Source of the DNA: Desulfomonilia bacterium
Lineage (GTDB): Bacteria; Desulfobacterota; Desulfomonilia; UBA1062
Direction: 5' to 3'
Assembly (NCBI GenBank): GCA_963664325.2
Contig: CAXXDQ010000004.1
Coordinates: 416,001-480,000 of the forward strand
DNA: 64,000 bases
A model generated the notes under the pieces. The model was given only the letters and a program-made list of their open reading frames with translations. It was not told where the DNA came from and searched no databases. Shown piece after piece: positions 1 to 9,708 of the stretch. The translations under genes and the position numbers were made by a program. How positions within the stretch are numbered: position 1 is the stretch's first letter; each line of letters starts with the position of its first letter.

Positions 1-436
1 CTCTGAATGTAACGTCTTTCAGGACCTCGGTAAAGATGCCTCCCAGTCCAAACATAACACACGGACCGAACTGCGGGTCACGGACAAGTCCTGCAACAAG
101 CTCGCGTTCACCCTTCACCATTTCCTGTACAAGAATGCCTTCAAGTTCACCCCGCCCCCTTTCTTCAAGGGCTTTGTATGCCTTAACAAGCGCTTCGTCA
201 TCGCCGATGTTGAGTTCAATCATGTTCTTTTCTGTTTTGTGGGCAAGAGTTTTTGAGTGCCCCTTGAGTACGACCGGATACCCGATTTGAGAGGCATGGC
301 TCTTTGCTTCATCAAGTGTTTTCGCAATCAATTCTTTTGTGACAGGTATTGAATATGAGTGCAAAACCTGTTTAGATTCGTATTCTGTTAAATTTTTGTC
401 TCCTCTGGCAATAGCTTCTTCTACTGTTTTCATCAT
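1..436 (-). CDS. ATP-grasp (beta) subunit of ADP-forming acyl-CoA synthetase / acetate--CoA ligase family, 3' end outside window
   Basis: Not in the ORF track. Reverse strand from ATG at 436 (RBS GGGAGG) reads MMKTVEEAIARGDKNLTEYESKQVLHSYSIPV...IGYPVVLKG...HKTE...GILVQEMVKGERELVAGLVRDPQFGPCVMFGLGGIFTEVLKDVTF, the typical ACD-beta ATP-grasp pattern. Confidence 0.85.
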   Translation of the reverse strand, partial: MMKTVEEAIARGDKNLTEYESKQVLHSYSIPVTKELIAKTLDEAKSHASQIGYPVVLKGHSKTLAHKTEKNMIELNIGDDEALVKAYKALEERGRGELEGILVQEMVKGERELVAGLVRDPQFGPCVMFGLGGIFTEVLKDVTFR

Positions 437-597
437 GTTACCTCCCGTTCGGGTTGAATTCTATCCATTTAGCAGATTTGATCATATATGAAAATTAGCT
501 TTTGGTGAATGTCAAAGTTAGGGCCTTTTTTCATATTACTGGTTATTCATCATCAAATGATGTATAAGGAATTCATTACAATTTTAGGAGAAATAAT

Positions 598-951
598 TTG
601 AAGATTTATGTGGGAAATCTAGCTTACCAGGTAACGGAAGATGATTTAAAGCAGGCCTTTGGGGCGTTTGGACAGGTCGAAACTGCAAATATTATCAAAG
701 ATAAATATTCGCAGCAGTCAAAAGGATTCGGATTTGTCGAGATGCCTTCAAGCGCAGAGGCCCAAGCATCAATTGCGGGTCTTAACGGACAGGAGCTGAA
801 AGGAAGGGCGATTAAAGTCAATGAAGCAAAGCCTCGCCCTGAAGGAAGCGGCAGCCGAGGAGGATTTCGTAGTGGAGGAGGAGGCGGCCGGGGATTTGGC
901 GGCGGCGGAAACCGCAGCAGCGGCGGTGGCGGCGGAGGAAGACGCTACTAA
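598..951 (+). CDS. RRM-domain RNA-binding protein with Gly/Arg-rich tail
   Basis: IYVGNL (RNP2) and KGFGFVEM (RNP1), RGG-rich C-terminus; TTG start after AGGAGA. Confidence 0.95.
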   Translation: MKIYVGNLAYQVTEDDLKQAFGAFGQVETANIIKDKYSQQSKGFGFVEMPSSAEAQASIAGLNGQELKGRAIKVNEAKPRPEGSGSRGGFRSGGGGGRGFGGGGNRSSGGGGGGRRY

Positions 952-965
952 TTAATTATTAACAG

Positions 966-997
966 TTATTGGGGCCGGTCATGAGTTGTCCCAATAA
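966..997 (+). terminator. Imperfect hairpin downstream of the RRM gene
   Basis: TTATTGGG...CCCAATAA inverted repeat 15 nt after the stop codon. Confidence 0.4.
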
Positions 998-1000
998 TTG

Positions 1001-1060
1001 CCAATGGTCATATTATACCTGCGTGTCTTAAAACAGATTGATTAGAAACCAATGGTCATA
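1001..1060. promoter_or_regulatory. Two copies of a 12-bp box, candidate repressor operators upstream of enoyl-CoA hydratase
   Basis: CCAATGGTCATA at 1001-1012 and 1049-1060. Confidence 0.45.
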
Positions 1061-1114
1061 GTAGAAATGTTTTGTTGTCGTTGTATTTCCATTTAAAAAT
1101 AAAGGAGGCAACTG

Positions 1115-1879
1115 ATGGAATATGCAAATGTCATTGTTGAGAGAAAGGGTTATACAGGTATTCTTACCATTAACCATCCTCCTGTTAATGCTATTAATGT
1201 TGCTACACTGGAAGATATAAACAAGGCCCTCAACGAACTTGAAGAAGATAAAAATGTAAGGGTTATTATATTTACCGGTTCAGGCGAGAAGGCTTTCTGT
1301 TCGGGCTTTGACGTAACAGATGCAGGAAGGGCTGATATATCTCTGTATACGGGACAGGGCACATGGACGAGGATTGACAGATTAAGTAAACCAACGATTG
1401 CCGCGATAAACGGTTATGCACTTGGGGGCGGATGCGAATTGGCGCTGGCCTGTCATTTTCGAATCATGTCCGATAACCCTAAAGCCAAAATCGGCCTAAC
1501 CGAACTTAACCTTGGAATTATTCCGGCCTGGGGCGGTACGGTCAGAATGACAAAATTGCTCGGCCGATCGAAGGCCCTTAATCTTATTCTTTTCAGTAAA
1601 AAAATAGAAGCAACAGAGGCCCTTGATGCGGGACTGATCGACAAGATTTCCCCTGACGTGATGAAAGATGCCCTTGAACTTGCCGGATTAATAGCAGAAA
1701 GACCGCCCGTGGCTGTATCATGCGTGCTCAAGGCAATGGACAGCCTTAGTTATAATGGTCTCAATGAAGGACTGAAGCTTGAGCGCGACGGTATAAAAAC
1801 CGTAAGCCGCAGTGCAGATGCAAGAGAAGGGTTTAATGCATTCTTTGAACGCCGGAAACCCGATTTCAAAGGCGAGTGA
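1115..1879 (+). CDS. Enoyl-CoA hydratase/isomerase (crotonase family)
   Basis: AFCSGFDV, GYALGGGCELALAC, ELNLGIIPAWGGT motifs; RBS AAGGAGG. Confidence 0.93.
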   Translation: MEYANVIVERKGYTGILTINHPPVNAINVATLEDINKALNELEEDKNVRVIIFTGSGEKAFCSGFDVTDAGRADISLYTGQGTWTRIDRLSKPTIAAINGYALGGGCELALACHFRIMSDNPKAKIGLTELNLGIIPAWGGTVRMTKLLGRSKALNLILFSKKIEATEALDAGLIDKISPDVMKDALELAGLIAERPPVAVSCVLKAMDSLSYNGLNEGLKLERDGIKTVSRSADAREGFNAFFERRKPDFKGE

Positions 1880-1885
1880 TGCCCA

Positions 1886-2800
1886 TCAAATGATAATCCT
1901 GCCTTTTTCCATGCACAGGTAGGCTGCGCCCAAAACGCCTGCATGGTCAGGAAATGAAGAGCATGCAACTCCTTTTGGCGGAAACATATAGGGCCTAGCG
2001 CTAAGCATCTCCCTGAGCTTTTCAACGGCCTTTCCCAGGAACAACTCAGATGATTTTGAAAGTCCGCCTGCAATAATAATGACTTCGGGATTCAGAATAA
2101 TCGTATAATTGTATAGAGCGATTCCCAGATATGATGAATATTTTTCCATAACCTTTAAAGCGAGAACATTGCCCGAAGAAGCAAGTAAACAGACATCCTT
2201 TGCAGATTTTGCTTCCAGGCCTTCGGAGACGGCAATATTTGCAAGTGCCGTTGCCGAACAGAATGTTTCAATGCAGCCCGAATTTCCGCAGCCGCATCTG
2301 TAGACACTGTCAAATCCCATTGCAATATGACCCCATTCACAGCCCAGATTGAGGCCCCCATGAACGACCTTGTTGTGCAGGACCGCACCTGTGCCGACAC
2401 CTGTACCGAGCGTTACGGTTATGAAGGTTGACGAGGATGCCGCCATACCCACCCAGCCCTCCGCAAGGGCGGCACCGACAGCGTCGTTTTCACAGAATAA
2501 AACGAGCCCGGTCCTTTCCTGAAGGATTTCAACGACCGGAACTTCTGTGAGGCCCTGTATGTTGACCGGATAGAGCAGCAGCCCCCGCTTCCTGTCGACC
2601 TGTCCTGCAGATACTAGCCCGGCCCTCTTTACAAGCGGATATTTTTTCTTGAGTTCGAGAACGGTTTCAACAACTGCACCCATGACCACATCACATTCGC
2701 CTTTATAATAGGGCCTGGCAACATAATCTATGATATTGCCGTCGCTGTCTATTACGCCGGCATGAATGTTGGTTCCCCCGAGATCTATGCCTATTACCAT
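1886..2800 (-). CDS. ROK-family sugar kinase (glucokinase/amino-sugar kinase)
   Basis: GIDLGGT, END, TLGTGVG, EWGH...CGCGNSGCIE Zn motif. Confidence 0.92.
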   Translation of the reverse strand: MVIGIDLGGTNIHAGVIDSDGNIIDYVARPYYKGECDVVMGAVVETVLELKKKYPLVKRAGLVSAGQVDRKRGLLLYPVNIQGLTEVPVVEILQERTGLVLFCENDAVGAALAEGWVGMAASSSTFITVTLGTGVGTGAVLHNKVVHGGLNLGCEWGHIAMGFDSVYRCGCGNSGCIETFCSATALANIAVSEGLEAKSAKDVCLLASSGNVLALKVMEKYSSYLGIALYNYTIILNPEVIIIAGGLSKSSELFLGKAVEKLREMLSARPYMFPPKGVACSSFPDHAGVLGAAYLCMEKGRIII

Positions 2801-4659
2801 ATCAGCACCTGAGCCCCTGTCGAAATAAGATATTTTATTATGTTCCCATCGATATTTTTTTCCAGGATTATTTGTCTGTCTATCTTTATCCCGGGTACCT
2901 CAATTTCTGCGCGCTTATCGGCCACGTTTATTTTTAGCGGCGGTCCGCTGTGCTGCAGGCCCAGCGCGTCAATTATTTCATAAAGGGAGACGGTATTCGA
3001 ATCAAGAACCTGGTAGCCTTTTTTAACAAGCATGTCCTTGATGTCATCATCGACAGGAGATGAAACGAGAATAATCCTGCCGGCAAGGATAGGTGCCTTG
3101 AACGAAACATTAACCGTCTCTTCATCCAACAGAAGGATTTCCACTTCCTTTTTGTATTTCACGTCAAGGGCATCGAAAAGGGCTTTGTATGAATGCGTTA
3201 ACTCTTTTGCGCCGCTTCTTGAAGAGGATGATTCAGAGGCCTTTCCCCCTATGTCAATTATGTCAAGACCGAAATGAGCCGCATACTCCATGATTGTTTT
3301 AGGGGTACGTATCTGGTCGTCATTCAGGATGTTTATCACGTAAACATTGCTTCTCGTAAAGTCTTTATAAACAATCCACCGGCCGGAAAGCTTGACCTTT
3401 TCCTCGGCGCCTACGATTATCGGATCACCATCCTTGTTTATTGAGAAATACCCGGAAACATTCAAAACCTTGTCCATCACAGCCTCAAGATCTGAACCCG
3501 GATCGCTGATTATCCTGCAGTCAGGGAATGTTTTTTCGATAAGGCCTTTTACCTTTGGGGATAACTTTCCATTGAAATCAATGATCACCTTTTTGCCGGT
3601 ATCGAGTTCAAGCACGGGGATTTCCTGTGTATTAATCGCCACATTGCCGCCTGATACAGGCATGTAATATTTCCCGTCCTCGCGGCTTGTGGCCCCCATC
3701 TGCTTGAAGGTCGGGATAAGGGAATTTTTAATAATCCTTGCAGCATTTGCCTTGCTGGCAGGAATGGAAACGGGTTTAGTATTTGTCAGTGGTTTTTCCG
3801 GCAATGCTGTTGGAGGAGCGCTGCTTTGCATGGATTTTACTGATTCACGGGGAACGGAGACCTTCTGTTCTTTTATCGGAGGGGATGGTTTGGCCTCAGC
3901 TTTTTGTTCGCCTGGACTTGGCTTATCGACCTTTACTTTCGCCTCCGGCTGTACGACTTCAGTCTTTGCCTCTGGCTGTATAACTTCAGGCTTGGGTTCG
4001 GGCATTGGAACTGCTGCAGCAACTTTTTTTTCGGACGGTTCCGGCAGCACAGGAGCTGTTTTTTCAGGCACCGGAACCGGGACCGGAAGGGGCTCTTGTT
4101 TTAAAGCAGCCGCAGGTTTTTCACTAATTGAAGATTTTTCAACAAGCTGTTTTGGCATTTTTACCCGCTGGCCTGGAACTACATAGTTCAGGTTTTTTAT
4201 TTCAGGATTAAGTTCGGAGATGGCCTTTAAATATTCTTTCTGGATATCTTCATCTGTAAGCCCGTAAACCTTTTTTAATATCTTTATAAGGTGCTCTCCC
4301 TGCTTTATGGTGTAGTAGTCTTTCCCGACTTCCTGCATTTCAAGCGATTTCGACGAAGCCTTCACCCTGTTTATTTTTGGCAGGACAATCTTCTGTTCAG
4401 GCTTGATAATGTTTAAATTTTTAATTCCCGGATTCAACAGTTTGAACTGATGGTAGAGGTAAGGCAGTTCCTCCGGTTTTGCCCCGAGTGCCCCGGAAAG
4501 GATTTTGTATAAAGTATCGTTGTTTTTTACCGTATAAGATGACTTTCCATCAACAGCGGGAGACGCTTTTTTGGCATGCTTGACAAGTGTTATGTCATCG
4601 GCAAGAGAAGCAGAGAAGAAGAGGAATATTGCCAAGGCGACAAAAAGCCCTTTTTCCAT
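2794..4659 (-). CDS. Exported LysM-repeat protein with Pro/Glu/Lys-rich linker and unknown C-terminal domain
   Basis: Signal peptide; two LysM-like units (YTVKNNDTL...LNPGIKNLNIIKPEQKIVLP; YTIKQGEHL...LNPEIKNLNYVVPGQRVKMP); low-complexity linker. Confidence 0.8.
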   Translation of the reverse strand: MEKGLFVALAIFLFFSASLADDITLVKHAKKASPAVDGKSSYTVKNNDTLYKILSGALGAKPEELPYLYHQFKLLNPGIKNLNIIKPEQKIVLPKINRVKASSKSLEMQEVGKDYYTIKQGEHLIKILKKVYGLTDEDIQKEYLKAISELNPEIKNLNYVVPGQRVKMPKQLVEKSSISEKPAAALKQEPLPVPVPVPEKTAPVLPEPSEKKVAAAVPMPEPKPEVIQPEAKTEVVQPEAKVKVDKPSPGEQKAEAKPSPPIKEQKVSVPRESVKSMQSSAPPTALPEKPLTNTKPVSIPASKANAARIIKNSLIPTFKQMGATSREDGKYYMPVSGGNVAINTQEIPVLELDTGKKVIIDFNGKLSPKVKGLIEKTFPDCRIISDPGSDLEAVMDKVLNVSGYFSINKDGDPIIVGAEEKVKLSGRWIVYKDFTRSNVYVINILNDDQIRTPKTIMEYAAHFGLDIIDIGGKASESSSSRSGAKELTHSYKALFDALDVKYKKEVEILLLDEETVNVSFKAPILAGRIILVSSPVDDDIKDMLVKKGYQVLDSNTVSLYEIIDALGLQHSGPPLKINVADKRAEIEVPGIKIDRQIILEKNIDGNIIKYLISTGAQVLIW

Positions 4660-4660
4660 T

Positions 4661-7111
4661 TTAAAATACCTCCTTCATCAAGGTGTCTTCTGGTACCGGG
4701 ATGTCCTCGTCTTTCTTAGGCAGGGTGCCTTCCTTGAAGCATTCGAATCTTGCGCCCGGCAAAGGGCTCGCTGTTACAAGACCGGTTTTCGGATTGATCT
4801 GTGCAAAGACAATACCGGCAGGAACCTTGAAGTCTGCAGATGGTTTTCCTGATTCCGCAGCCTTCATGAAATCAAGAAATATAGGCGCTGCAGCCCTCCC
4901 CCCGGCTTCTTTTTCTCCCAGCGGCTGCATATCATCATAACCAACCCAGACTCCGCAAAGGATATCCGGTGTGTAGCCGATAAACCATGCGTCTTTGAAA
5001 TCATCGCTGGTACCAGTTTTCCCGGCCACAGGCCTTCCAAGAGCCTTTACTCTTGTGGCTGTCCCGTTCTGGACCGCATCGGCGAGCATATTTGTAATAA
5101 TGTAAGCTGTCTGAGGGTCAATGATGACAGGTTCTTCTTCTGCTTGAATCTCGGGAGAATCTTCAGCGTCAATTGTGTCATCATCGGATGGCTGCTCCGG
5201 TCCTGCTGCTGTAGTCTCAGGAGGGCTTTCTTTCTGTGGCGGTTCAAAGCCGGCTTCCTCATTTTGTTCTTTCTTTTCCTGAATTGTGATTCCCGTGGAT
5301 GTATAAACTTGAGCCCCGGCCTGTGGGGCAGTATAAATCGATGTTCCGTTTGCCTCGAGGATGCTTTCTATTGCGGTCGGCTCAAATGGTTTGCCAGAGC
5401 CTGCAAAGACCGCAAATCCCTTTGTCAGGTTATACGGGGTGACCGCGCCGGTTCCCAGGGCGAGGGAGAGATCTCTTGGAAATTCACCTTCCATTCCGAA
5501 TTTTTTCAGATAGTCCAGGGCGTAATCTATTCCAATATCCTTCAGAATTTTTACTGTCACGACATTCCTTGACATAACAAGGCCGGTCCTGAGCGTTGTT
5601 GCCCCATAATATTTTCTTTCATAATTCTGGGGATTGTAACCTTCATCAAGTTCATCTTTTTTGAATGTCTCCGGGGCATCTATTATGATGGATGTAGTGG
5701 TGTACCCTTTGTCAATGGCCGCCGCATATATGAAAGGCTTGATTGCGGAACCGCTCTGGCGTCTGGCGCTGATAGCCCTGTTAAACTGGCTTCTGGCGTA
5801 ATCAACACCACCGACGATGGCAGTAAGTTTGCTGCCTGACAAGTCAAAAGCCACAAGTGCGGATTGAATCAACGGATCCTGTGACAAAATAAAATTATTT
5901 CCGGCGCTGAGGACCCTGACCAGATCGCCCGGCTTCAGAATATCAGCAGGAGTCCATTTCTTAACCGGCGAGATCCATTCATACGATTTTGGCGTCAGGT
6001 CGACGGTCTTTGTGCCGATATCAACCTTAAGAGGTAAAACCGACTTTACTTCACCGTAGTAAATTTCGTAATCAGTAATACCTTCCCATTCAATGCGGTT
6101 TTTCTGAAAGGCCATAATATCGGCTATCTGTGTTTTATCGAAGCCGGTGACGGGTCCACGGTAAAGGCCCTGGCGCATCTCAATCTCGATGACACCCTTT
6201 CGGGCCGCCAATTCTGATGCATCCTGCAGTTTTGGTATAATGGAGGTCTTTATCGTGATGCCGTTATTAAATATTTCAGTCCCGTATTTCTGGGTTATAA
6301 ACTGGTGAACATAGTCGGTTACATATGGATATCGCGTGAACATTGCATAATTCTTGCCTGTGATTCGCAGGGGCTCCTGATATGCCTTTTCAGCCTCTTC
6401 CTGTGAAATGTACCTTTCAGCGGCCATGCGGGAGAGCACGTAATTTTGCCTTTTCTTGGCAGAAGGAAGGCTGTTGAGCGGCGAATATCTTGCTGGTGCA
6501 GGCGCAAGTCCGGCGAGCAGGGACATTTCCGGGAGAGTAAGCTCCTTGCACTCCTTGTTGAAATATCTGAGTGATGCGGCGCCTACGCCGCTTGCCCCGC
6601 TGCCAAGGTAGACCCTGTTGAGATACAGGTTAAGTATCTGGTCTTTTGTGAGGGATCGCTCTATCCTTATTGCAAGAACCGATTCCCGGACTTTTCTGTA
6701 TATGGTTTTTTCCCTGCCGAGCAGATAGGTCCTGACAACCTGCTGGGTTATGGTTGATGCGCCCTGCGAGTATGAAGCCGCCCTTATATCGGTAATAACT
6801 GCCGCTATGATGCGCCGGTAATCAAGCCCTGCATGGGAATAAAATGTAGCATCCTCTGCGGAAATAAAGGCCTTTTTAAGCATCTCAGGGATGTCCTTGT
6901 CGTCAAGGATAACCATGCCGCCGGGGGGATAATATCCTATGACGGAACCGTCGGCCGCCAGAACCTTGCTTACAAGGGTAGGCTGAGGCTCCTTGAGCTC
7001 CTGAATGGAAGGCAGTCCCTGCATCATAAAAAGCCAGAGACCGGCAGCAAAGATTATTATTGCACAGAGAATGCCTAAAAGAATTACCGGGATCCACCTG
7101 ATTTTTCTCAT
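4661..7111 (-). CDS. mrcA: Class A penicillin-binding protein 1A
   Basis: Transglycosylase motifs EDATFYSHAG and GASTITQQ; transpeptidase motifs SAIK, SRN, KTG; N-terminal TM anchor; start set at MRKIRW (7111). Confidence 0.92.
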   Translation of the reverse strand: MRKIRWIPVILLGILCAIIIFAAGLWLFMMQGLPSIQELKEPQPTLVSKVLAADGSVIGYYPPGGMVILDDKDIPEMLKKAFISAEDATFYSHAGLDYRRIIAAVITDIRAASYSQGASTITQQVVRTYLLGREKTIYRKVRESVLAIRIERSLTKDQILNLYLNRVYLGSGASGVGAASLRYFNKECKELTLPEMSLLAGLAPAPARYSPLNSLPSAKKRQNYVLSRMAAERYISQEEAEKAYQEPLRITGKNYAMFTRYPYVTDYVHQFITQKYGTEIFNNGITIKTSIIPKLQDASELAARKGVIEIEMRQGLYRGPVTGFDKTQIADIMAFQKNRIEWEGITDYEIYYGEVKSVLPLKVDIGTKTVDLTPKSYEWISPVKKWTPADILKPGDLVRVLSAGNNFILSQDPLIQSALVAFDLSGSKLTAIVGGVDYARSQFNRAISARRQSGSAIKPFIYAAAIDKGYTTTSIIIDAPETFKKDELDEGYNPQNYERKYYGATTLRTGLVMSRNVVTVKILKDIGIDYALDYLKKFGMEGEFPRDLSLALGTGAVTPYNLTKGFAVFAGSGKPFEPTAIESILEANGTSIYTAPQAGAQVYTSTGITIQEKKEQNEEAGFEPPQKESPPETTAAGPEQPSDDDTIDAEDSPEIQAEEEPVIIDPQTAYIITNMLADAVQNGTATRVKALGRPVAGKTGTSDDFKDAWFIGYTPDILCGVWVGYDDMQPLGEKEAGGRAAAPIFLDFMKAAESGKPSADFKVPAGIVFAQINPKTGLVTASPLPGARFECFKEGTLPKKDEDIPVPEDTLMKEVF

Positions 7112-7168
7112 AGAAGAAGAATAAATGCAAGATGCCCAAGATTCAAGGATAAATAACACCCGTGAACA

Positions 7169-7891
7169 TTATATTGGAGATTTTTTTATAAGATAAAGAT
7201 ATGCCGTGCCGAAAAAAACGGGCGTTTTCTCAAGAATTTCAAAACCGCAGCCTTGCATCATCAATGCAAGATGGGCAGGTGCTGGAAAGCGCATGACCGA
7301 ATCCCTGAGATAACGGTATGAATCGTGATCACCCGACAGAAGGCCTCCCAGAAAAGGCAGAATGGACCGGAAATAAATTAGGTAAACAAACCTGATTAAC
7401 CTGTTATCCGGGAGTGACAGTTCCATGATGGACATAATCCCGTCAGGTGAAAGAATCTTACGGCACTCCCTTAAAAAGCCTTGGATATCGGGAATATTCC
7501 GCATTCCGAAGCAGATCATCACCTTATTAAAACTGTTAACGGGAAACGGCATATCAAGTGCGTTGGCCTTAATGGGAATAAACCTTCCCTCCTCAAGATA
7601 GGCCTGAAGGCGGATTTTTGCTTTGGCCAGCATGCCGGAGGAAAGATCAACCCCGATTACACGGCAGCCGGCTTTCCTGAGGGCGGCAAGAGCCAGCATA
7701 CCGGTGCCTGTCGCAATATCAAGAACAATATCGCCGTCTTTTATTTCAAGTGCGGCAACTGCCCTTGAGCGCCACAATCTGTCGATGCCCAGAGACAGGA
7801 TTGTGTTTATCGGGTCATATGACGATGCTATCCCGTCGAAGAGCCTGCCTATCCTGCCGGCGGATTTGTCCAGGTTGGTTTGAATATCCAT
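7169..7891 (-). CDS. ubiE: UbiE/MenG-family quinone C-methyltransferase
   Basis: FDGIASSYDPINTILSLGIDRLWR, VLDIATGTG, FGMRNI, YRYLRDS; start set at MDIQ (7891). Confidence 0.9.
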   Translation of the reverse strand: MDIQTNLDKSAGRIGRLFDGIASSYDPINTILSLGIDRLWRSRAVAALEIKDGDIVLDIATGTGMLALAALRKAGCRVIGVDLSSGMLAKAKIRLQAYLEEGRFIPIKANALDMPFPVNSFNKVMICFGMRNIPDIQGFLRECRKILSPDGIMSIMELSLPDNRLIRFVYLIYFRSILPFLGGLLSGDHDSYRYLRDSVMRFPAPAHLALMMQGCGFEILEKTPVFFGTAYLYLIKKSPI

Positions 7892-8167
7892 TTGATAACC
7901 ATATATGTTAGCGAACCTGAAATAAACAAGAATCCTCAAAAACGCTAAGTAATTCAGGGATATTAATGAATCTTTTGATAAAGTTTCATCAGATTAGACC
8001 GATAAAATAAATTGTGAGATATCACAACAGCCAGCCAGTGAATAGAAAATCAATAGTGATATCTGAGTGTATTCCCTTTAGAAATTGCTAACTGGAGGAA
8101 CAATACAAATATGAAAGAAGATTATGCGGAATATAAGGCGGATAATCATGAAGACAAGGGGGAACAA

Positions 8168-9397
8168 ATGAAACAAACAAATTTTAATGTTTATTTAATG
8201 TCTTTTTGCAAGATGTTTTTAATAATATTTACTGTAGCTGCATTTTCAACAGGATGCAGCAGTAGCAGCAGCAATCAAACATCAACCCCATCCCCACCCG
8301 TCTCATTAATTCCAGTGTCTACCCAATACGCCGCCAGCGTATGGCCGAGGCTGCATCAGAACGATTTCAACAACGGCCAGAGCATGGTCGATACAAGCTC
8401 CAATACAGGCGCACTGAAATGGACGTTTTATGCCGGGGCCAAGGTGGATTCCTCGCCTGCGATCGGTGCAGACGGCACGATCTATATCGGGTGTGAAAAC
8501 GGCAATCTCTATGCGCTCGACCCATCGGACGGCACGCAAAAATGGGCGTATCAGACCGGCGGCATAATATATACATCCTCGCCTGCGGTTGCAGCTGACG
8601 GTACGATCTATATTGGCTCCCAAACTGGTTTTTTTGCGATCAATCCGGATGGCTCGCTTAAATGGTCATATGGGACCGGTGACACAGAGGCCGGCTCGCC
8701 TGCCATCGATGCAAACGGAATAATCTATGTGCCGTCATACGATTATAATCTCTACGAGTTCAACCCTGACGGCGTGCGGCGATTTACCGTTTCCACCGGA
8801 AATTCCATGGCCGGCGCGCCTGCGATAGACCCGAACGGCACGGTATATATTGGATCTAATGATAAGACCGTCTATGCGCTCGGTGACGGCTTTTCAATAA
8901 TGTGGACATTTAAAACCAAAAACGGGATGGGCATGCCGGCGATAGGGCCTGATGGCTACACGCTCTATGTGGGCGGACTCGACGGCTATCTTTACTCGCT
9001 CGATGGATATACCGGCAAAGAGAACTGGAAACTTTATCTGCATAATCCGATAGAAGCTACACCCGCAATCGGGACGGACGGCACGATCTATGTGGGGACG
9101 ACTGCACCAAATTCCTCTACAAATGACACCGTCTATGCAGTCAGCCCGTCCGGCAAGAAGTTATGGGGATTCAGGGCCAATGATCAATTGGATTCTTCTG
9201 CCGTAGTTGGGTATGACGGCACGATCTATATCGGGGGTGAAGGTTCGGATTTCATTGCGCTAACTTCGGCCGGCAAGATGAAATGGATAATTGGCGGCAT
9301 TTCTAATTTTTTAACCATCAATTCCACGCCTGCAATCGGTGAAGACGGCACGATCTATTTCGGCGCCGATGACGGCTACGTGTATGCGATACACTGA
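8168..9397 (+). CDS. Lipoprotein with PQQ-like beta-propeller repeats
   Basis: Lipobox-like FSTGC then Ser-rich linker; repeated (S/T)PAIGxDGTIYxG...LYAL...G..KW blades; RBS AAGGGGGA before 8168. Confidence 0.85.
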   Translation: MKQTNFNVYLMSFCKMFLIIFTVAAFSTGCSSSSSNQTSTPSPPVSLIPVSTQYAASVWPRLHQNDFNNGQSMVDTSSNTGALKWTFYAGAKVDSSPAIGADGTIYIGCENGNLYALDPSDGTQKWAYQTGGIIYTSSPAVAADGTIYIGSQTGFFAINPDGSLKWSYGTGDTEAGSPAIDANGIIYVPSYDYNLYEFNPDGVRRFTVSTGNSMAGAPAIDPNGTVYIGSNDKTVYALGDGFSIMWTFKTKNGMGMPAIGPDGYTLYVGGLDGYLYSLDGYTGKENWKLYLHNPIEATPAIGTDGTIYVGTTAPNSSTNDTVYAVSPSGKKLWGFRANDQLDSSAVVGYDGTIYIGGEGSDFIALTSAGKMKWIIGGISNFLTINSTPAIGEDGTIYFGADDGYVYAIH

Positions 9398-9708
9398 TAG
9401 AAAAACAGAACACTGAACTTAAAAAAATATTCGGTAACATTCCGGAATGGAATCGTCAAAAATATCAACTATTCCGGTCAATTATTCCCTCTCGCCGCCA
9501 CGCTCCGGCCTGACAGCGTAATTTAATCAAAGCGCCGGCTTTTTCAATGAACCCAACCCGTAAAAAGCACTTATAACCCAGCTTTAAAGCAATTTAATTA
9601 TGGATAAGAGCCGGTCTTACTGAAACATTTGACAAAAACCATTAAGTCATGCAGGGGTCATTTAGGCGTTTATTTAAAAAAGTTGAATCAGCGAAAGAGG
9701 AGATGCTT

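Noticed and set aside
845-945. GGC/GGA microsatellite-like tract
   Set aside because: Encodes the ordinary Gly-rich tail of the RRM protein
8450-9370. Recurrent GACGGCACGATCTAT sequence suggesting a CRISPR or tandem array
   Set aside because: In-frame coding repeats of beta-propeller blades with degenerate third positions; no cas genes
9400-9700. Cobalamin riboswitch upstream of the corrinoid methyltransferase pair
   Set aside because: No B12-box or GGGAA...GCCACTG-type conserved elements could be found
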